Assembly: GCA_016650445.1 (NCBI GenBank)
Contig: JAENVS010000011.1
Span: 74,307 to 138,306, forward strand
DNA: 64,000 bases
Origin: Frankiaceae bacterium
Lineage (GTDB): Bacteria; Actinomycetota; Actinomycetes; Mycobacteriales; SCTD01
Direction: 5' to 3'
Shown: positions 53,426-62,439 of the stretch, in pieces
How positions within the stretch are numbered: the first letter of the stretch is position 1
Layout of the letters: each line of letters starts with the position of its first letter
The notes under the pieces: model-generated
The model's database searches: none
Told to the model about the DNA's origin: nothing
The model's input: only the letters and a program-made list of their open reading frames with translations
Made by a program: the position numbers and the translations under genes

Positions 53426-54442
53426 ATGACCCACGCGCCCGAGGTGCCGGACCGCAACCTCGCGCTGGAGCTCGTGCGGGTGACCGAGGCTGCCGCGATG
53501 GCAGCCGGCCGCTGGGTCGGCCGCGGTGACAAGCTCGGCGGCGACGGTGCAGCGGTCGACGCCATGCGCCAGCTCATCGGCACCGTCTCCATGAACGGCG
53601 TCGTCGTCATCGGCGAGGGCGAGAAGGACGAAGCGCCGATGCTGTTCAACGGCGAGCACGTCGGCGACGGCAACGGACCCGACTGCGACGTCGCCGTCGA
53701 CCCGATCGACGGCACCACCCTGATGGCGAAGGGCATGCCCAACGCGATCGCGGTCATGGCGGTAGCCGAGCGCGGCACTATGTACGACCCGTCGGCCGTC
53801 TTCTACATGGAGAAGCTCGTCACCGGTCCCGACGCCGCCGACGCCGTCGACATCTCCGCACCACCGGCCTACAACATCCAGGCTGTCGCCAAGGCCAAGG
53901 GGGCGTCACCCGAGGACGTGACCGTCTGCATCCTCGACCGACCCCGCCACAAGGGGCTCGTTGCCCAGGTCCGCGAGGCGGGGGCGCGCATCAAGTTCAT
54001 CTCGGACGGCGACGTCGCCGGTGCCGTGATGGCTGCCAGCGAAGGCACCGGCGTCGACCTGCTGCTGGGCATCGGCGGTACGCCGGAGGGCATCATCACG
54101 GCCTGCGCCGTGAAGTGCCTCGGCGGCACGATCCAGGGCAAGCTGTGGCCGCAGAAGGACAGCGAGTTCACCAACGCCGCCGCGGCCGGACTCGACCTGA
54201 CCCAGATCCTGCACTGCAACGACTTGGTCAGCAGCGACAACGTCTTCTTCGTCGCGACCGGCATCACCGACGGTGAGCTCGTGCACGGCGTGCGCTACCG
54301 CGGCGGCGGCGCGACGACCGAGTCGCTCGTGATGCGCAGCAAGTCCGGCACCATCCGGCGCGTCACCAGCCAGCACCGGCTCACCAAGCTCCGGGCGTAC
54401 TCCTCCATCGACTTCGAGCACGCCGCGCCGCGCCCCGTCTAG
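53426..54442 (+). CDS. glpX: class II fructose-1,6-bisphosphatase
   Basis: [46 protein letters not shown]. Confidence 0.93.
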   Translation: MTHAPEVPDRNLALELVRVTEAAAMAAGRWVGRGDKLGGDGAAVDAMRQLIGTVSMNGVVVIGEGEKDEAPMLFNGEHVGDGNGPDCDVAVDPIDGTTLMAKGMPNAIAVMAVAERGTMYDPSAVFYMEKLVTGPDAADAVDISAPPAYNIQAVAKAKGASPEDVTVCILDRPRHKGLVAQVREAGARIKFISDGDVAGAVMAASEGTGVDLLLGIGGTPEGIITACAVKCLGGTIQGKLWPQKDSEFTNAAAAGLDLTQILHCNDLVSSDNVFFVATGITDGELVHGVRYRGGGATTESLVMRSKSGTIRRVTSQHRLTKLRAYSSIDFEHAAPRPV

Positions 54443-55203
54443 TGCGGATAGCCACCTGGAACGTCAACTCGATCGGCGCCCGGCTGCCGAGGCTGTTGCC
54501 GTGGCTCGAGGAGGTGCAGCCAGATGTCGTCGCGCTGCAGGAGACGAAGTGCGCGGACAGCACGTTCCCGTACGCCGACCTGAAGGCACTCGGCTACGAG
54601 GCGGCGCACTCCGGCGACGGACGGTGGAACGGCGTCGCCGTCCTGTCCCGGATCGGGCTGACCGACCCGCGTCACGAGCTCCTCGGTCATCCGGAGCCGC
54701 GCCTGGTGTCCGCGCAGTGCGGGCCGTTGCACGTCCACTCGCTGTACGTCCCGAACGGCCGCGCGCTCGGCGACCCCCACTACGACTACAAGCTCGCCTG
54801 GCTTGGCGCTTTGGCGCAACAGCTGGCCGACCAGCACGACCCGGCGCAGCCGTTGGTGCTGATGGGCGACCTGAACGTCGCGCTGCACGATGAGGACGTC
54901 TGGGACCGGTCGGTCTTCAACGGGTCTACGCACGTCACCGAGCCCGAGCGGGACGGCGTACGTCGGCTCCTCGACTGGGGCCTCACCGACGTGCAGGCAC
55001 GGCCCGGGAAGGGTGATCGCGCCTTCACCTACTGGGACTACCGCGCCGGGATGATGCACAAGAACCTCGGCATGCGGATCGACTACGTGCTCGCCTCCGC
55101 GCCGGTCGCGTCAGCCATCACTGACGCGTACGTCGACCGGGAGGCCCGCAAGGGAAAGGGCGCCAGTGACCACGCGCCGATCGTCGTGGACCTCGACCTC
55201 TAG
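54442..55203 (+). CDS. xthA: exodeoxyribonuclease III
   Basis: GTG start overlapping the glpX stop by 1 nt. RIATWNVNS, VALQETK, ASDHAPIVVDL. Confidence 0.9.
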   Translation: MRIATWNVNSIGARLPRLLPWLEEVQPDVVALQETKCADSTFPYADLKALGYEAAHSGDGRWNGVAVLSRIGLTDPRHELLGHPEPRLVSAQCGPLHVHSLYVPNGRALGDPHYDYKLAWLGALAQQLADQHDPAQPLVLMGDLNVALHDEDVWDRSVFNGSTHVTEPERDGVRRLLDWGLTDVQARPGKGDRAFTYWDYRAGMMHKNLGMRIDYVLASAPVASAITDAYVDREARKGKGASDHAPIVVDLDL

Positions 55204-55718
55204 GTGATCAGCTTGCGCAACGTCGCCGGCGTACGCGCTGTGCAGCTCACGCCGAGCAGCTTCTCCAGCGTGGCGTTCTGCAGCTTCGAGGAGTGCACGC
55301 CGCCGGGGCTGAACGACAGGTAGAGCACCTGGTCGTTGCCCCGCACGACCTCAGGTGACCAGTCGCGCTCGAGGACCTCCTTGAGGGCGGCCGGCGTCGG
55401 CTTGTCGAAGAGCACGGTCACCGCCAGGTAGCCGGTCAGGTCGCCGGGCACCCCGTCGACGGCCGCGGCGATCTGGTCGGCGGACCGCACGCAGGCGCGT
55501 ACGTCGAGGTCGAGCTCCCTGTGCAGGGCCTTCTCGACCTCGGTCGCCAGCACCTTCGCGGACCGCTTCCGGCCGGTGAAGGTGGCGTTGCCGCTGTTGA
55601 GGACGGTGCGCACGTCGCCGTGGCCGAGGTCGGTGAGGATCGCCCGGAGGTCGGCCATCGCCACCTTGTTGCGCGGGCCGAGGTTGACCGCCCGCAGGAG
55701 CAGGACCCAGTCGCTCAT
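55200..55718 (-). CDS. DUF1697 family protein
   Basis: [44 protein letters not shown] is characteristic. Confidence 0.8.
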   Translation of the reverse strand: MSDWVLLLRAVNLGPRNKVAMADLRAILTDLGHGDVRTVLNSGNATFTGRKRSAKVLATEVEKALHRELDLDVRACVRSADQIAAAVDGVPGDLTGYLAVTVLFDKPTPAALKEVLERDWSPEVVRGNDQVLYLSFSPGGVHSSKLQNATLEKLLGVSCTARTPATLRKLIT

Positions 55719-55746
55719 CCGTCAGAACGTACGGGACAATCAGTGC

Positions 55747-57138
55747 ATGACCGAGTGGCGCATCGAGCACGACAGCATGGGCGAGGTCCGCGTCCCGGCG
55801 GAGGCCAAGTGGCGCGCGCAGACGCAGCGGGCCGTCGAGAACTTCCCGATCAGCGGCCAGCGCATCGAGCGCGCCCACATCGAGGCTCTCGCCCGCATCA
55901 AGGCAGCGGCCGCGAGGGTCAACGCCTCGCTGGGCGTCATCCCCGAGGACCTCGCCAAGGTCGTCATCGCGGCGGCTGACGAGGTGGCGGCCGGGCAGTG
56001 GGACGACCACTTCCCCATCGACGTCTTCCAGACGGGGTCCGGCACCTCGAGCAACATGAACACCAACGAGGTGATCGCGACCCTGGCGACGGAGAAGCTC
56101 GGGTCGCCGGTCCACCCCAACGACCACGTCAACGCCAGCCAGTCGTCCAACGATGTGTTCCCGAGCAGCATCCACATCGCAGCAACCTCCGCCGTCGTCA
56201 ACGACCTCATCCCGGCCCTGGGGCACCTCGAGCAGTCGTTGTCGCGCAAGGCGACCGAGCTGGCCGGGGTCGTGAAGAGCGGACGCACGCACCTCATGGA
56301 CGCCACGCCGGTGACGCTCGGCCAGGAGTTCGGCGGCTACGCCGCGCAGGTCCGCTACGGCATCGAGCGGCTGCAGTCCTCCCTGCCGCGGCTCGCGGAG
56401 CTGCCGCTCGGCGGGACTGCTGTCGGCACCGGCATCAACACGCCGGCCGGGTTCTCCGCGGCGGTCATCGCAGCGGTGGCGACGGCGACCGGACTGCCGC
56501 TCACCGAGGCTCGGGACCACTTCGAGGCGCAAGGCGCCCGCGACGCGCTTGTCGAGACCAGCGGTCAGCTGCGCACCATCGCCGTCTCGCTGTACAAGGT
56601 GTCCAACGACCTGCGCTGGATGAGCTCCGGTCCGCGGGCGGGTCTCGGCGAGATCGCGCTGCCCGACCTGCAGCCGGGGTCCTCGATCATGCCGGGCAAA
56701 GTCAACCCGGTGATCCCGGAAGCGCTGTGCATGGTGTGCGCGCAGGTCATCGGCAACGACGCAGCCATCGCCTTCGGCGGCGCGGCCGGCAACTTCGAGC
56801 TCAACGTCATGCTGCCGATGCTGGCCCGCAACCTGCTCGAGTCGATCCGGCTGCTCGCCAACATCTCGCGCCTGCTCGCCGACCGGGTCGTCGACGGGAT
56901 CGAAGCCGACGAGGACCGCTGTCGCGAGCTCGCCGAGTCGTCCCCGTCGATCGTCACCCCGCTGAACACGTACATCGGCTACGAGAACGCCGCGAAGGTG
57001 GCGAAGCAGTCGCTCAAGGAGCGCAAGACGATCCGCCAGGTCGTGCTGGAAGGCGGCTACGTCGAGCGCGGCGACCTCACCGAGGCTCAGCTCGATGCCG
57101 CCCTCGACGTCCTCTCGATGACGCGCCCACCCGCGTAG
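55747..57138 (+). CDS. fumC: class II fumarate hydratase
   Basis: Met58 of ORF 55576..57138. [15 protein letters not shown]. Signature [12 protein letters not shown]. Confidence 0.95.
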   Translation: MTEWRIEHDSMGEVRVPAEAKWRAQTQRAVENFPISGQRIERAHIEALARIKAAAARVNASLGVIPEDLAKVVIAAADEVAAGQWDDHFPIDVFQTGSGTSSNMNTNEVIATLATEKLGSPVHPNDHVNASQSSNDVFPSSIHIAATSAVVNDLIPALGHLEQSLSRKATELAGVVKSGRTHLMDATPVTLGQEFGGYAAQVRYGIERLQSSLPRLAELPLGGTAVGTGINTPAGFSAAVIAAVATATGLPLTEARDHFEAQGARDALVETSGQLRTIAVSLYKVSNDLRWMSSGPRAGLGEIALPDLQPGSSIMPGKVNPVIPEALCMVCAQVIGNDAAIAFGGAAGNFELNVMLPMLARNLLESIRLLANISRLLADRVVDGIEADEDRCRELAESSPSIVTPLNTYIGYENAAKVAKQSLKERKTIRQVVLEGGYVERGDLTEAQLDAALDVLSMTRPPA

Positions 57139-57182
57139 CCCAGGCGCCCACAGGGTTGAGACCAACATGAGCTGACAACGCC

Positions 57183-57212
57183 GAAGGGGGCCCGGTCACC
57201 CGGGCCCCCTTC
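57183..57212. terminator. perfect 13-bp GC hairpin between convergent fumC and the secreted-protein gene
   Basis: GAAGGGGGCCCGG (57183-57195), loop TCAC, CCGGGCCCCCTTC (57200-57212). Confidence 0.65.
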
Positions 57213-57227
57213 GTCACGCTGGTGTAG

Positions 57228-58073
57228 CTAGATCTTGTTGCAGCGAACCCCGCCGAAGTTGTTGAAGGTCGAGGCGTCCGCAGAGAACACGCCGAGTGAG
57301 TCGACTGTGCCAAGCTGCGTCGCGATGTACGGGTTGCCGCCGACCCCGTTCACGCCGCCACCCTTCTTGATCTTCAGCCCTTGACCCAGCGCGAAGCCGA
57401 AGGCGCCGGCAACACTCGCGATGTGCTGGGGGTTGAGCCCCATGTCTGAGTTGCTCATCACAATGTTCCCGGTCGGGGCGTCGGCGGAGGTTTCCGTGCC
57501 GAGGCTGAGACTGGAGCCCTTGTTACTGCAGTCCAGCGCCTGCAGGCTCAGGGCCAGTGTTGCGAGCACGTTGGTGTCCACCGACCAGCGGCCGTGGTTG
57601 AGGTGGCCGATCTTGCCGTCCTGCACGCACCGCCCGATGTAGTAGTAGTCCTCCACGGAGGCGTCGGGCTGGATGTAGATAAACGGGTTGCCGCCAACCC
57701 CGCCGAGCGGCGGCTGCTTCGGAAGCCCGGCGGTCGCTGTGCCGGTCGACAGGCCCAGCGCAGCAAAGGACTCGCCCTCCGCCGGGTTGTGCCAGGCATC
57801 GTTCTTGTTCTTGGAGAACAGGACGTTGGCGGCGAGCCCGTCGAACATGTTGTCGGTGTAGAGGGTGATGTGCGGGCCACTGTTGTCGCACCAGGAGTCC
57901 TCGCCGACGGCCACGTTGGCCTTCACCGGCAGCTGGAACGACGTCGTGTAGCTCTTGCCGGTGCTACCGCCACCTCCACCGCCCGAAACCGGCTTGCCAG
58001 CGGACGCTGTGCCAGCAAGCGGCAGCATCAAGGTGACCGCAGTCGCAGCGAGCAGGAATCTCGAGCGCTTCAT
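57228..58073 (-). CDS. secreted protein of unknown family with internal two-fold duplication
   Basis: Met82 of ORF 57228..58316. Signal peptide MKRSRFLLAATAVTLMLPLAGTASA. Repeated GGVGGNPFIYIQ / NGVGGNPYIATQ, with each half ending in ..RC. Confidence 0.65.
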   Translation of the reverse strand: MKRSRFLLAATAVTLMLPLAGTASAGKPVSGGGGGGSTGKSYTTSFQLPVKANVAVGEDSWCDNSGPHITLYTDNMFDGLAANVLFSKNKNDAWHNPAEGESFAALGLSTGTATAGLPKQPPLGGVGGNPFIYIQPDASVEDYYYIGRCVQDGKIGHLNHGRWSVDTNVLATLALSLQALDCSNKGSSLSLGTETSADAPTGNIVMSNSDMGLNPQHIASVAGAFGFALGQGLKIKKGGGVNGVGGNPYIATQLGTVDSLGVFSADASTFNNFGGVRCNKI

Positions 58074-58232
58074 GAACTGTCCCTTCTCGACCGAACCGCG
58101 GTCCTGTGGTCCCCGGCTTCGGGAGCCCCGCCGAGATGGCAGTGCTCGTTGGCCGCGATGCTCGGCTGTCGGACATTCCGTCGCATCCCACGTAAGGACC
58201 CGCCCGCGTTGGGATTTCCTCAACGCAGCGCC

Positions 58233-58242
58233 GGGGGGGGGG
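58233..58242. repeat. G10 homopolymer tract in a divergent intergenic region
   Basis: Ten consecutive G at 58233-58242, 160 nt upstream of the secreted-protein ATG and 306 nt upstream of the S8 ATG. Confidence 0.9.
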
Positions 58243-58547
58243 AGGACTACGACCTCTCGGACAACAAGCGGTTTCTGGTCGCTGCCTCGGGCTCTGGCGC
58301 CGCCCGGAGCGATCACGCAGCGTGATCCGGTATCGAGGTCGACACGGATGTGACTAGTCCTACGTGGGCCCTTCGGGCCAGTGACGTTACAGATTCCTCT
58401 TCGGATTGAGCCGCATTCAGTTGGTGCGCCCGAACAGTCCCCCGCCTTCGGCCATTAGGACTAGTCCGATGGTGCCGATAACAGCGGCGTCGCTCGTTCA
58501 ACCGGGGCAACAGAGCGTCTTCACCCGGTGACAACCAGGAGGTAGCA

Positions 58548-60050
58548 ATGTCGCTCCGCAGCCGGACCGCACTGGCCACGTCGATCGTCGTTGTCGGACT
58601 CATCACCTCCGGTGTGGCCTCTGCTCAGGGCACCGCCAGCGAGGCCTCCGGCAGCGTCGGCAGCTACACCCCGGGCAGCGTCCTCGTCCAGTACCGCCCG
58701 GGCGTCTCCGGCGCCGAGCAGGCGGAACTCGAGCGCGGCCAGAGCGCGCAGCGCGTGGGAAGCATCGCCGCGCTGCAGACGGAGATCCTGGCGGTCCCCG
58801 TGGGCGCAGAAGACCGCGTGATCACTGCCCTGTCCCGCTCGGGCAAGGTGGAGTACGCGGAACGCAATGGCGTCGCATTCGCCGACGCGGCCGGCTCGAA
58901 CGTCACCAACGACACCTACCTCGGTCAGCAGTGGGGCGTCAGCAAGATCAACACTCCGACGGCGTGGGGGACGACCACCGGCTCCTCGTCCGTGGTGATC
59001 GGTGTGGTCGACACCGGAGCCGACTACTCGCACCCCGACCTGCAGGGTCGCCTGGTCGCCGGCTACGACTTCGTGAACAACGACAGTCGCGCCGACGACG
59101 ACCAAGGGCATGGCACATCGACCGCCGGCATCATCGGGGCGGCGACCAACAACGGCATCGGCATCGCGGGCATGTGCTGGAACTGCACCATCATGCCGGT
59201 GAAGGCCTTGAACTCGAGCGGGTCTGGCTCGTACTCCGCCATTGCCAACGCCGTCACCTGGGCAACCGACCACGGCGCGGACATCATCAACATGAGCCTC
59301 GGCGGCGGCACCGACAGCAGCACGCTGCACAACGCGATCACCTACGCCGCCAACAAGGGCGTGTTCCTCGTCGGCTCGGCCGGCAACAGCGGCACAACGG
59401 CCTACAACTACCCCGCCGGCTACGCCGAGGTGCTCAGCGTTGCGGGCAGCACCAGCACCGACGGCCTGTACAGCTGGTCGAACTACGGCTCTTGGGTCGA
59501 CGTGGCGGCTCCCGGGTGCGACTACGCGACATCGCTCGGCGGCGGCTACAACAGCAACTTCTGCGGAACCTCGGCGGCGGCACCCGTCGTTTCCGGAATG
59601 GTTGGCCTCCTGAAGTCAGCCGCGCCCGCCACGAGCAACAGCGCGCTCAAATCCGCCATCACCTCGACTGCGGTCTCGATGGGCACCAAGGTCAAGTACG
59701 GCCGAGTCGACGCAGCCGCCGCCATGGCAGCGCTCGGCACGACGTCGGCGCCCGACCCCACGACCAGCCCCACCGAGCCGGCGAGCACGACGTACACCGG
59801 CTCGCTGAACGGCGGCAACCCGTCGCGCAGCTTCTCGGTCACGTCCGCCGCCGGCTCGCTCGATGCCACGCTGACCTTCAGCCGCTCGGCGTCGATGGAC
59901 CTGACGCTCAAGGATGCCGCCGGACGGACGGTCGCGACGGCAACCGGCGGCTCGCCGGTGTCGCTGACCTCCAGTGTCGCGGCGGGGACCTACACGCTCA
60001 CCGTTAGCGGTGGACGCGGCAGCTTCTCGCTTGAGGTCACCACTCCCTGA
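58548..60050 (+). CDS. secreted subtilisin-like serine peptidase (S8) with propeptide and C-terminal PPC-like domain
   Basis: AGGAGG RBS and signal peptide. I9-like propeptide. Catalytic residues in VVDTGAD, HGTSTAG, GTSAAAPVVSG. C-terminal beta domain (YTGSLNGGNPSRSFSV...GTYTLTVSGG). Confidence 0.9.
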   Translation: MSLRSRTALATSIVVVGLITSGVASAQGTASEASGSVGSYTPGSVLVQYRPGVSGAEQAELERGQSAQRVGSIAALQTEILAVPVGAEDRVITALSRSGKVEYAERNGVAFADAAGSNVTNDTYLGQQWGVSKINTPTAWGTTTGSSSVVIGVVDTGADYSHPDLQGRLVAGYDFVNNDSRADDDQGHGTSTAGIIGAATNNGIGIAGMCWNCTIMPVKALNSSGSGSYSAIANAVTWATDHGADIINMSLGGGTDSSTLHNAITYAANKGVFLVGSAGNSGTTAYNYPAGYAEVLSVAGSTSTDGLYSWSNYGSWVDVAAPGCDYATSLGGGYNSNFCGTSAAAPVVSGMVGLLKSAAPATSNSALKSAITSTAVSMGTKVKYGRVDAAAAMAALGTTSAPDPTTSPTEPASTTYTGSLNGGNPSRSFSVTSAAGSLDATLTFSRSASMDLTLKDAAGRTVATATGGSPVSLTSSVAAGTYTLTVSGGRGSFSLEVTTP

Positions 60051-60062
60051 CGGAGCATGCAA

Positions 60063-60107
60063 CGCAAAGAGGCCGGTCTGCGTATAGCGCAGACCGGCCT
60101 CTTTGCG
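60063..60107. terminator. perfect 20-bp hairpin between convergent S8 peptidase and response-regulator genes
   Basis: CGCAAAGAGGCCGGTCTGCG (60063-60082), loop TATAG, CGCAGACCGGCCTCTTTGCG (60088-60107), followed by GTTT. Confidence 0.75.
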
Positions 60108-60113
60108 GTTTCG

Positions 60114-60737
60114 TCAGGACTTGCTGGCGATCTCGATCGCGCTCTGCCGATCAGACACCTGGAGCTTGCGCAGGATGGCGGCGATGTGGGTCCTGACGGT
60201 GACGGGCGAGACGAACAACCGGTCCGCGATCTCTCCCGTCGACAACCCGGCGCGCATGAGGTCGAGCGTCTCCCACTCGCGGCTCGTCAACGTCGACAGC
60301 GGGCCCTGCGGGCGGGCGTCGCGCCCGCGGAACTCCTCCATCAGGCGCGTCACGAGGTTGCGCGGGAGGGCGGCCTCACCTGCCATGACGCCCTCGAGCG
60401 CCGCGCCCAGTCGCGCCGGGTCGATGTCCTTCAGCAGGTAGCCACGCGCCCCGGCCCGTAGCGCCTCGAACAGGTCCGCATCGTCACGGGACACCGTGAG
60501 CATCACGACGGCGGTCCCGGGCAGAGCAGCCGCGATCCGCTGGGCCGCGACGATGCCGTTGCCGGGCATGTGGATGTCGAGAAGCGCCACATCCGGGAGG
60601 GCCTCCATGCACGCTTCGACAGCGGCTGCGGCGTTCGACGCCTCGCCGCACACCTCGAAGCCGGCCTCCTCCAGCGACAGGCGCACACCGGCGCGCGTCG
60701 GAGGATGATCGTCCGCGATCACGACCCGCTTGCTCAT
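60114..60737 (-). CDS. NarL/LuxR-family response regulator
   Basis: VVIADDHPPTR, ALLDIHMPG, LuxR HTH LTSREWETLDLMRAGLSTGEIADRLFVSPVTVRTHI. Confidence 0.9.
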   Translation of the reverse strand: MSKRVVIADDHPPTRAGVRLSLEEAGFEVCGEASNAAAAVEACMEALPDVALLDIHMPGNGIVAAQRIAAALPGTAVVMLTVSRDDADLFEALRAGARGYLLKDIDPARLGAALEGVMAGEAALPRNLVTRLMEEFRGRDARPQGPLSTLTSREWETLDLMRAGLSTGEIADRLFVSPVTVRTHIAAILRKLQVSDRQSAIEIASKS

Positions 60738-62107
60738 GGGAGCGTCACCTCGATCGACGTACCGCCCTGAAGGCGGGAGACGACGGCGAACGTACCGCCC
60801 AGGGCCTCCGCGCGCTCGCGCATGCTGATGAGACCGAACCGCCCGGACAGGTGGCCGAGATCGGCGGTGTCGAACCCGCGCCCGTCGTCCTCGACGCGCA
60901 GCGACAGCCCTTCGGCCTGTCGGAGCCGCACCCGCACCTCGCTCGCGGCGCTGTGACGGGCGGCGTTCGAGACCGCCTCGCGCAGGATCCGCAGCAGCGC
61001 CTCGCGGGTGTCAGGGGCAGCCTCGACTCCTGGCTGCACGTCGAGCACCAGACCGGTGTCGAAGCGCCCGCAGACCTCCTCGGCGCACTGCGCGAGGGTC
61101 ACCTCCAGCGGCTCGTCGAGCGGCCTGGTGAGCGCGGCGATGGCCCGGCGCGACTCGTCCAGCGCCCGCTCCGCGGCTGCCGCAACCAGTCGGGCTCTCG
61201 TGGGGTGGTCACTGGTCTCCGCCAGCACGCGCGCCTGCGTCGCCGCGAACGCCAGCTCCTGGGCGACACCGTCGTGCAGATCACGGGCGAGCCGGCGCCG
61301 CTCCTCGAGCACGGCGAGCGCGGCGACGCGGCGCCAGTAGCCGCGGATCTCGACGGACGCGGCGAGCAGCAGTACGGCGTAGAAGGCCAGCCGCAGGAAC
61401 GTGCCGGCCGTGTACCACTCGTCGTCGACGGAGTGCGAGACGGCGAAGTCGATGCGGGACCCCACCGACAGCAGCCCGGCCGCGGCGAGCCACGAGAAGA
61501 GCGGGTCCTCATCCGCGTGACGCGCAGACCCCAGGGCGCCGATCGCGAACAAGCCGGCCGCGACGAGCTGTGCCACCGTGAGCGGCAGATCGGGCGTGGC
61601 TCCGAACGAGTCCGGCGAGCCGACCCCGTCGCCGGCGAGCGCGACCGTGCCGGCCACGGCCAGGGAGACGGCGACGGCCACCAGCAAGAGCCAAACGCCG
61701 TACCGAGGTTGTCCGCGCCAGCGCGCCCGCGGGAGCCAGTTGGCCGCGAGGAAGGCCGCGCCCGCCAGGACCCCGGCCACCGCGGCGGCACCGGAGCTGC
61801 CCTCCTTGCCGAGCGCGTGCGGCACTGCGGAGAACGCCGCGTTGCTGCACCCGAGCAGGAGCAGGAAGCCGCACAGGAGCAGGTCCCTCATCCGACCGCT
61901 GCCCCAGAACCTGCCGAGCAGCAGGTACCCGAGCACCACGCCGATCATCGCGGCGGCGCTGTCCAGGGCGGTCTGCGCGTCCGCCGTGGTCGCGCGCACA
62001 TCGCGCAGCACCACGACGGCAGTGACCGCGCCAGCGAACAGGACCGTCACCGTGAGTGCGCCGCGCGCACCCAAGCGACGGACCACGGAGGACCACGCCG
62101 CACGCAT
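60734..62107 (-). CDS. sensor histidine kinase (HisKA_3 type) with multi-TM N-terminal sensor
   Basis: Met29 of ORF 60734..62191. About 7 hydrophobic helices. H-box RRLARDLHDGVAQEL. ATPase boxes REAVSNAARHS, EDDGRGF, GLISMRERAEALGG. ATGA-type overlap with the regulator gene. Confidence 0.85.
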   Translation of the reverse strand: MRAAWSSVVRRLGARGALTVTVLFAGAVTAVVVLRDVRATTADAQTALDSAAAMIGVVLGYLLLGRFWGSGRMRDLLLCGFLLLLGCSNAAFSAVPHALGKEGSSGAAAVAGVLAGAAFLAANWLPRARWRGQPRYGVWLLLVAVAVSLAVAGTVALAGDGVGSPDSFGATPDLPLTVAQLVAAGLFAIGALGSARHADEDPLFSWLAAAGLLSVGSRIDFAVSHSVDDEWYTAGTFLRLAFYAVLLLAASVEIRGYWRRVAALAVLEERRRLARDLHDGVAQELAFAATQARVLAETSDHPTRARLVAAAAERALDESRRAIAALTRPLDEPLEVTLAQCAEEVCGRFDTGLVLDVQPGVEAAPDTREALLRILREAVSNAARHSAASEVRVRLRQAEGLSLRVEDDGRGFDTADLGHLSGRFGLISMRERAEALGGTFAVVSRLQGGTSIEVTLP

Positions 62108-62173
62108 GCGCAGATCATGATCCCCCGCGCACGCGCCTGGGGATGAATCGCGGCAATAGCCCGCGAGCATGAC

Positions 62174-62213
62174 GGAGGCCCGCACCCCCACCCAGCAGGG
62201 GGGACGGGCCTCC
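62174..62213. other. conserved hairpin H1 (apical CCACCCAGCAGGG)
   Basis: GGAGGCCCG...CGGGCCTCC basal stem plus a CCCCC/GGGGG inner stem. See finding. Confidence 0.5.
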
Positions 62214-62322
62214 GACGTCGTGGGGCGACTCGTGTGCCGCTCTCACCGGGTACTACGCAGACCGTGCGAAGACCTCGCGGCCGTTCGCGGACTTTTTTCG
62301 GTCCGAGCGGGCCCGGACGAGC

Positions 62323-62364
62323 GGGTGCCCGCTCCACCCACCCAGCAGGGAGGAACGGGCACCC
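62323..62364. other. conserved hairpin H2 (apical CCACCCAGCAGGG)
   Basis: GGGTGCCCG...CGGGCACCC basal stem. It differs from H1 by two compensatory base-pair changes. Confidence 0.5.
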
Positions 62365-62410
62365 GGTCCAGGGACAGCCGTGAAGAGAGCTGTCGTCACC
62401 TGTCCAACGT

Positions 62411-62434
62411 GGATCCGCGCGGATCCTCGCGCGG
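62411..62434. terminator. GC palindromes immediately downstream of phoH2
   Basis: GGATCCGCGCGGATCC (62411-62426) overlaps CCGCGCG/CGCGCGG (62415-62434), starting 6 nt after the phoH2 stop. No T-tract. Confidence 0.35.
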
Positions 62435-62439
62435 GAATC

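Noticed and set aside
62174-62364. Identification of the two C-rich hairpins as the actinobacterial 6C sRNA
   Set aside because: 6C, as I remember it, has two closely spaced hairpins with unpaired runs of C in the loops and is about 80-100 nt long. Here the hairpins are 149 nt apart and each C-run faces a complementary G-run, so it would be paired. The genomic context (phoH2 / sensor kinase) also differs from what I recall for 6C. I leave it as an unassigned structure pending cmscan.
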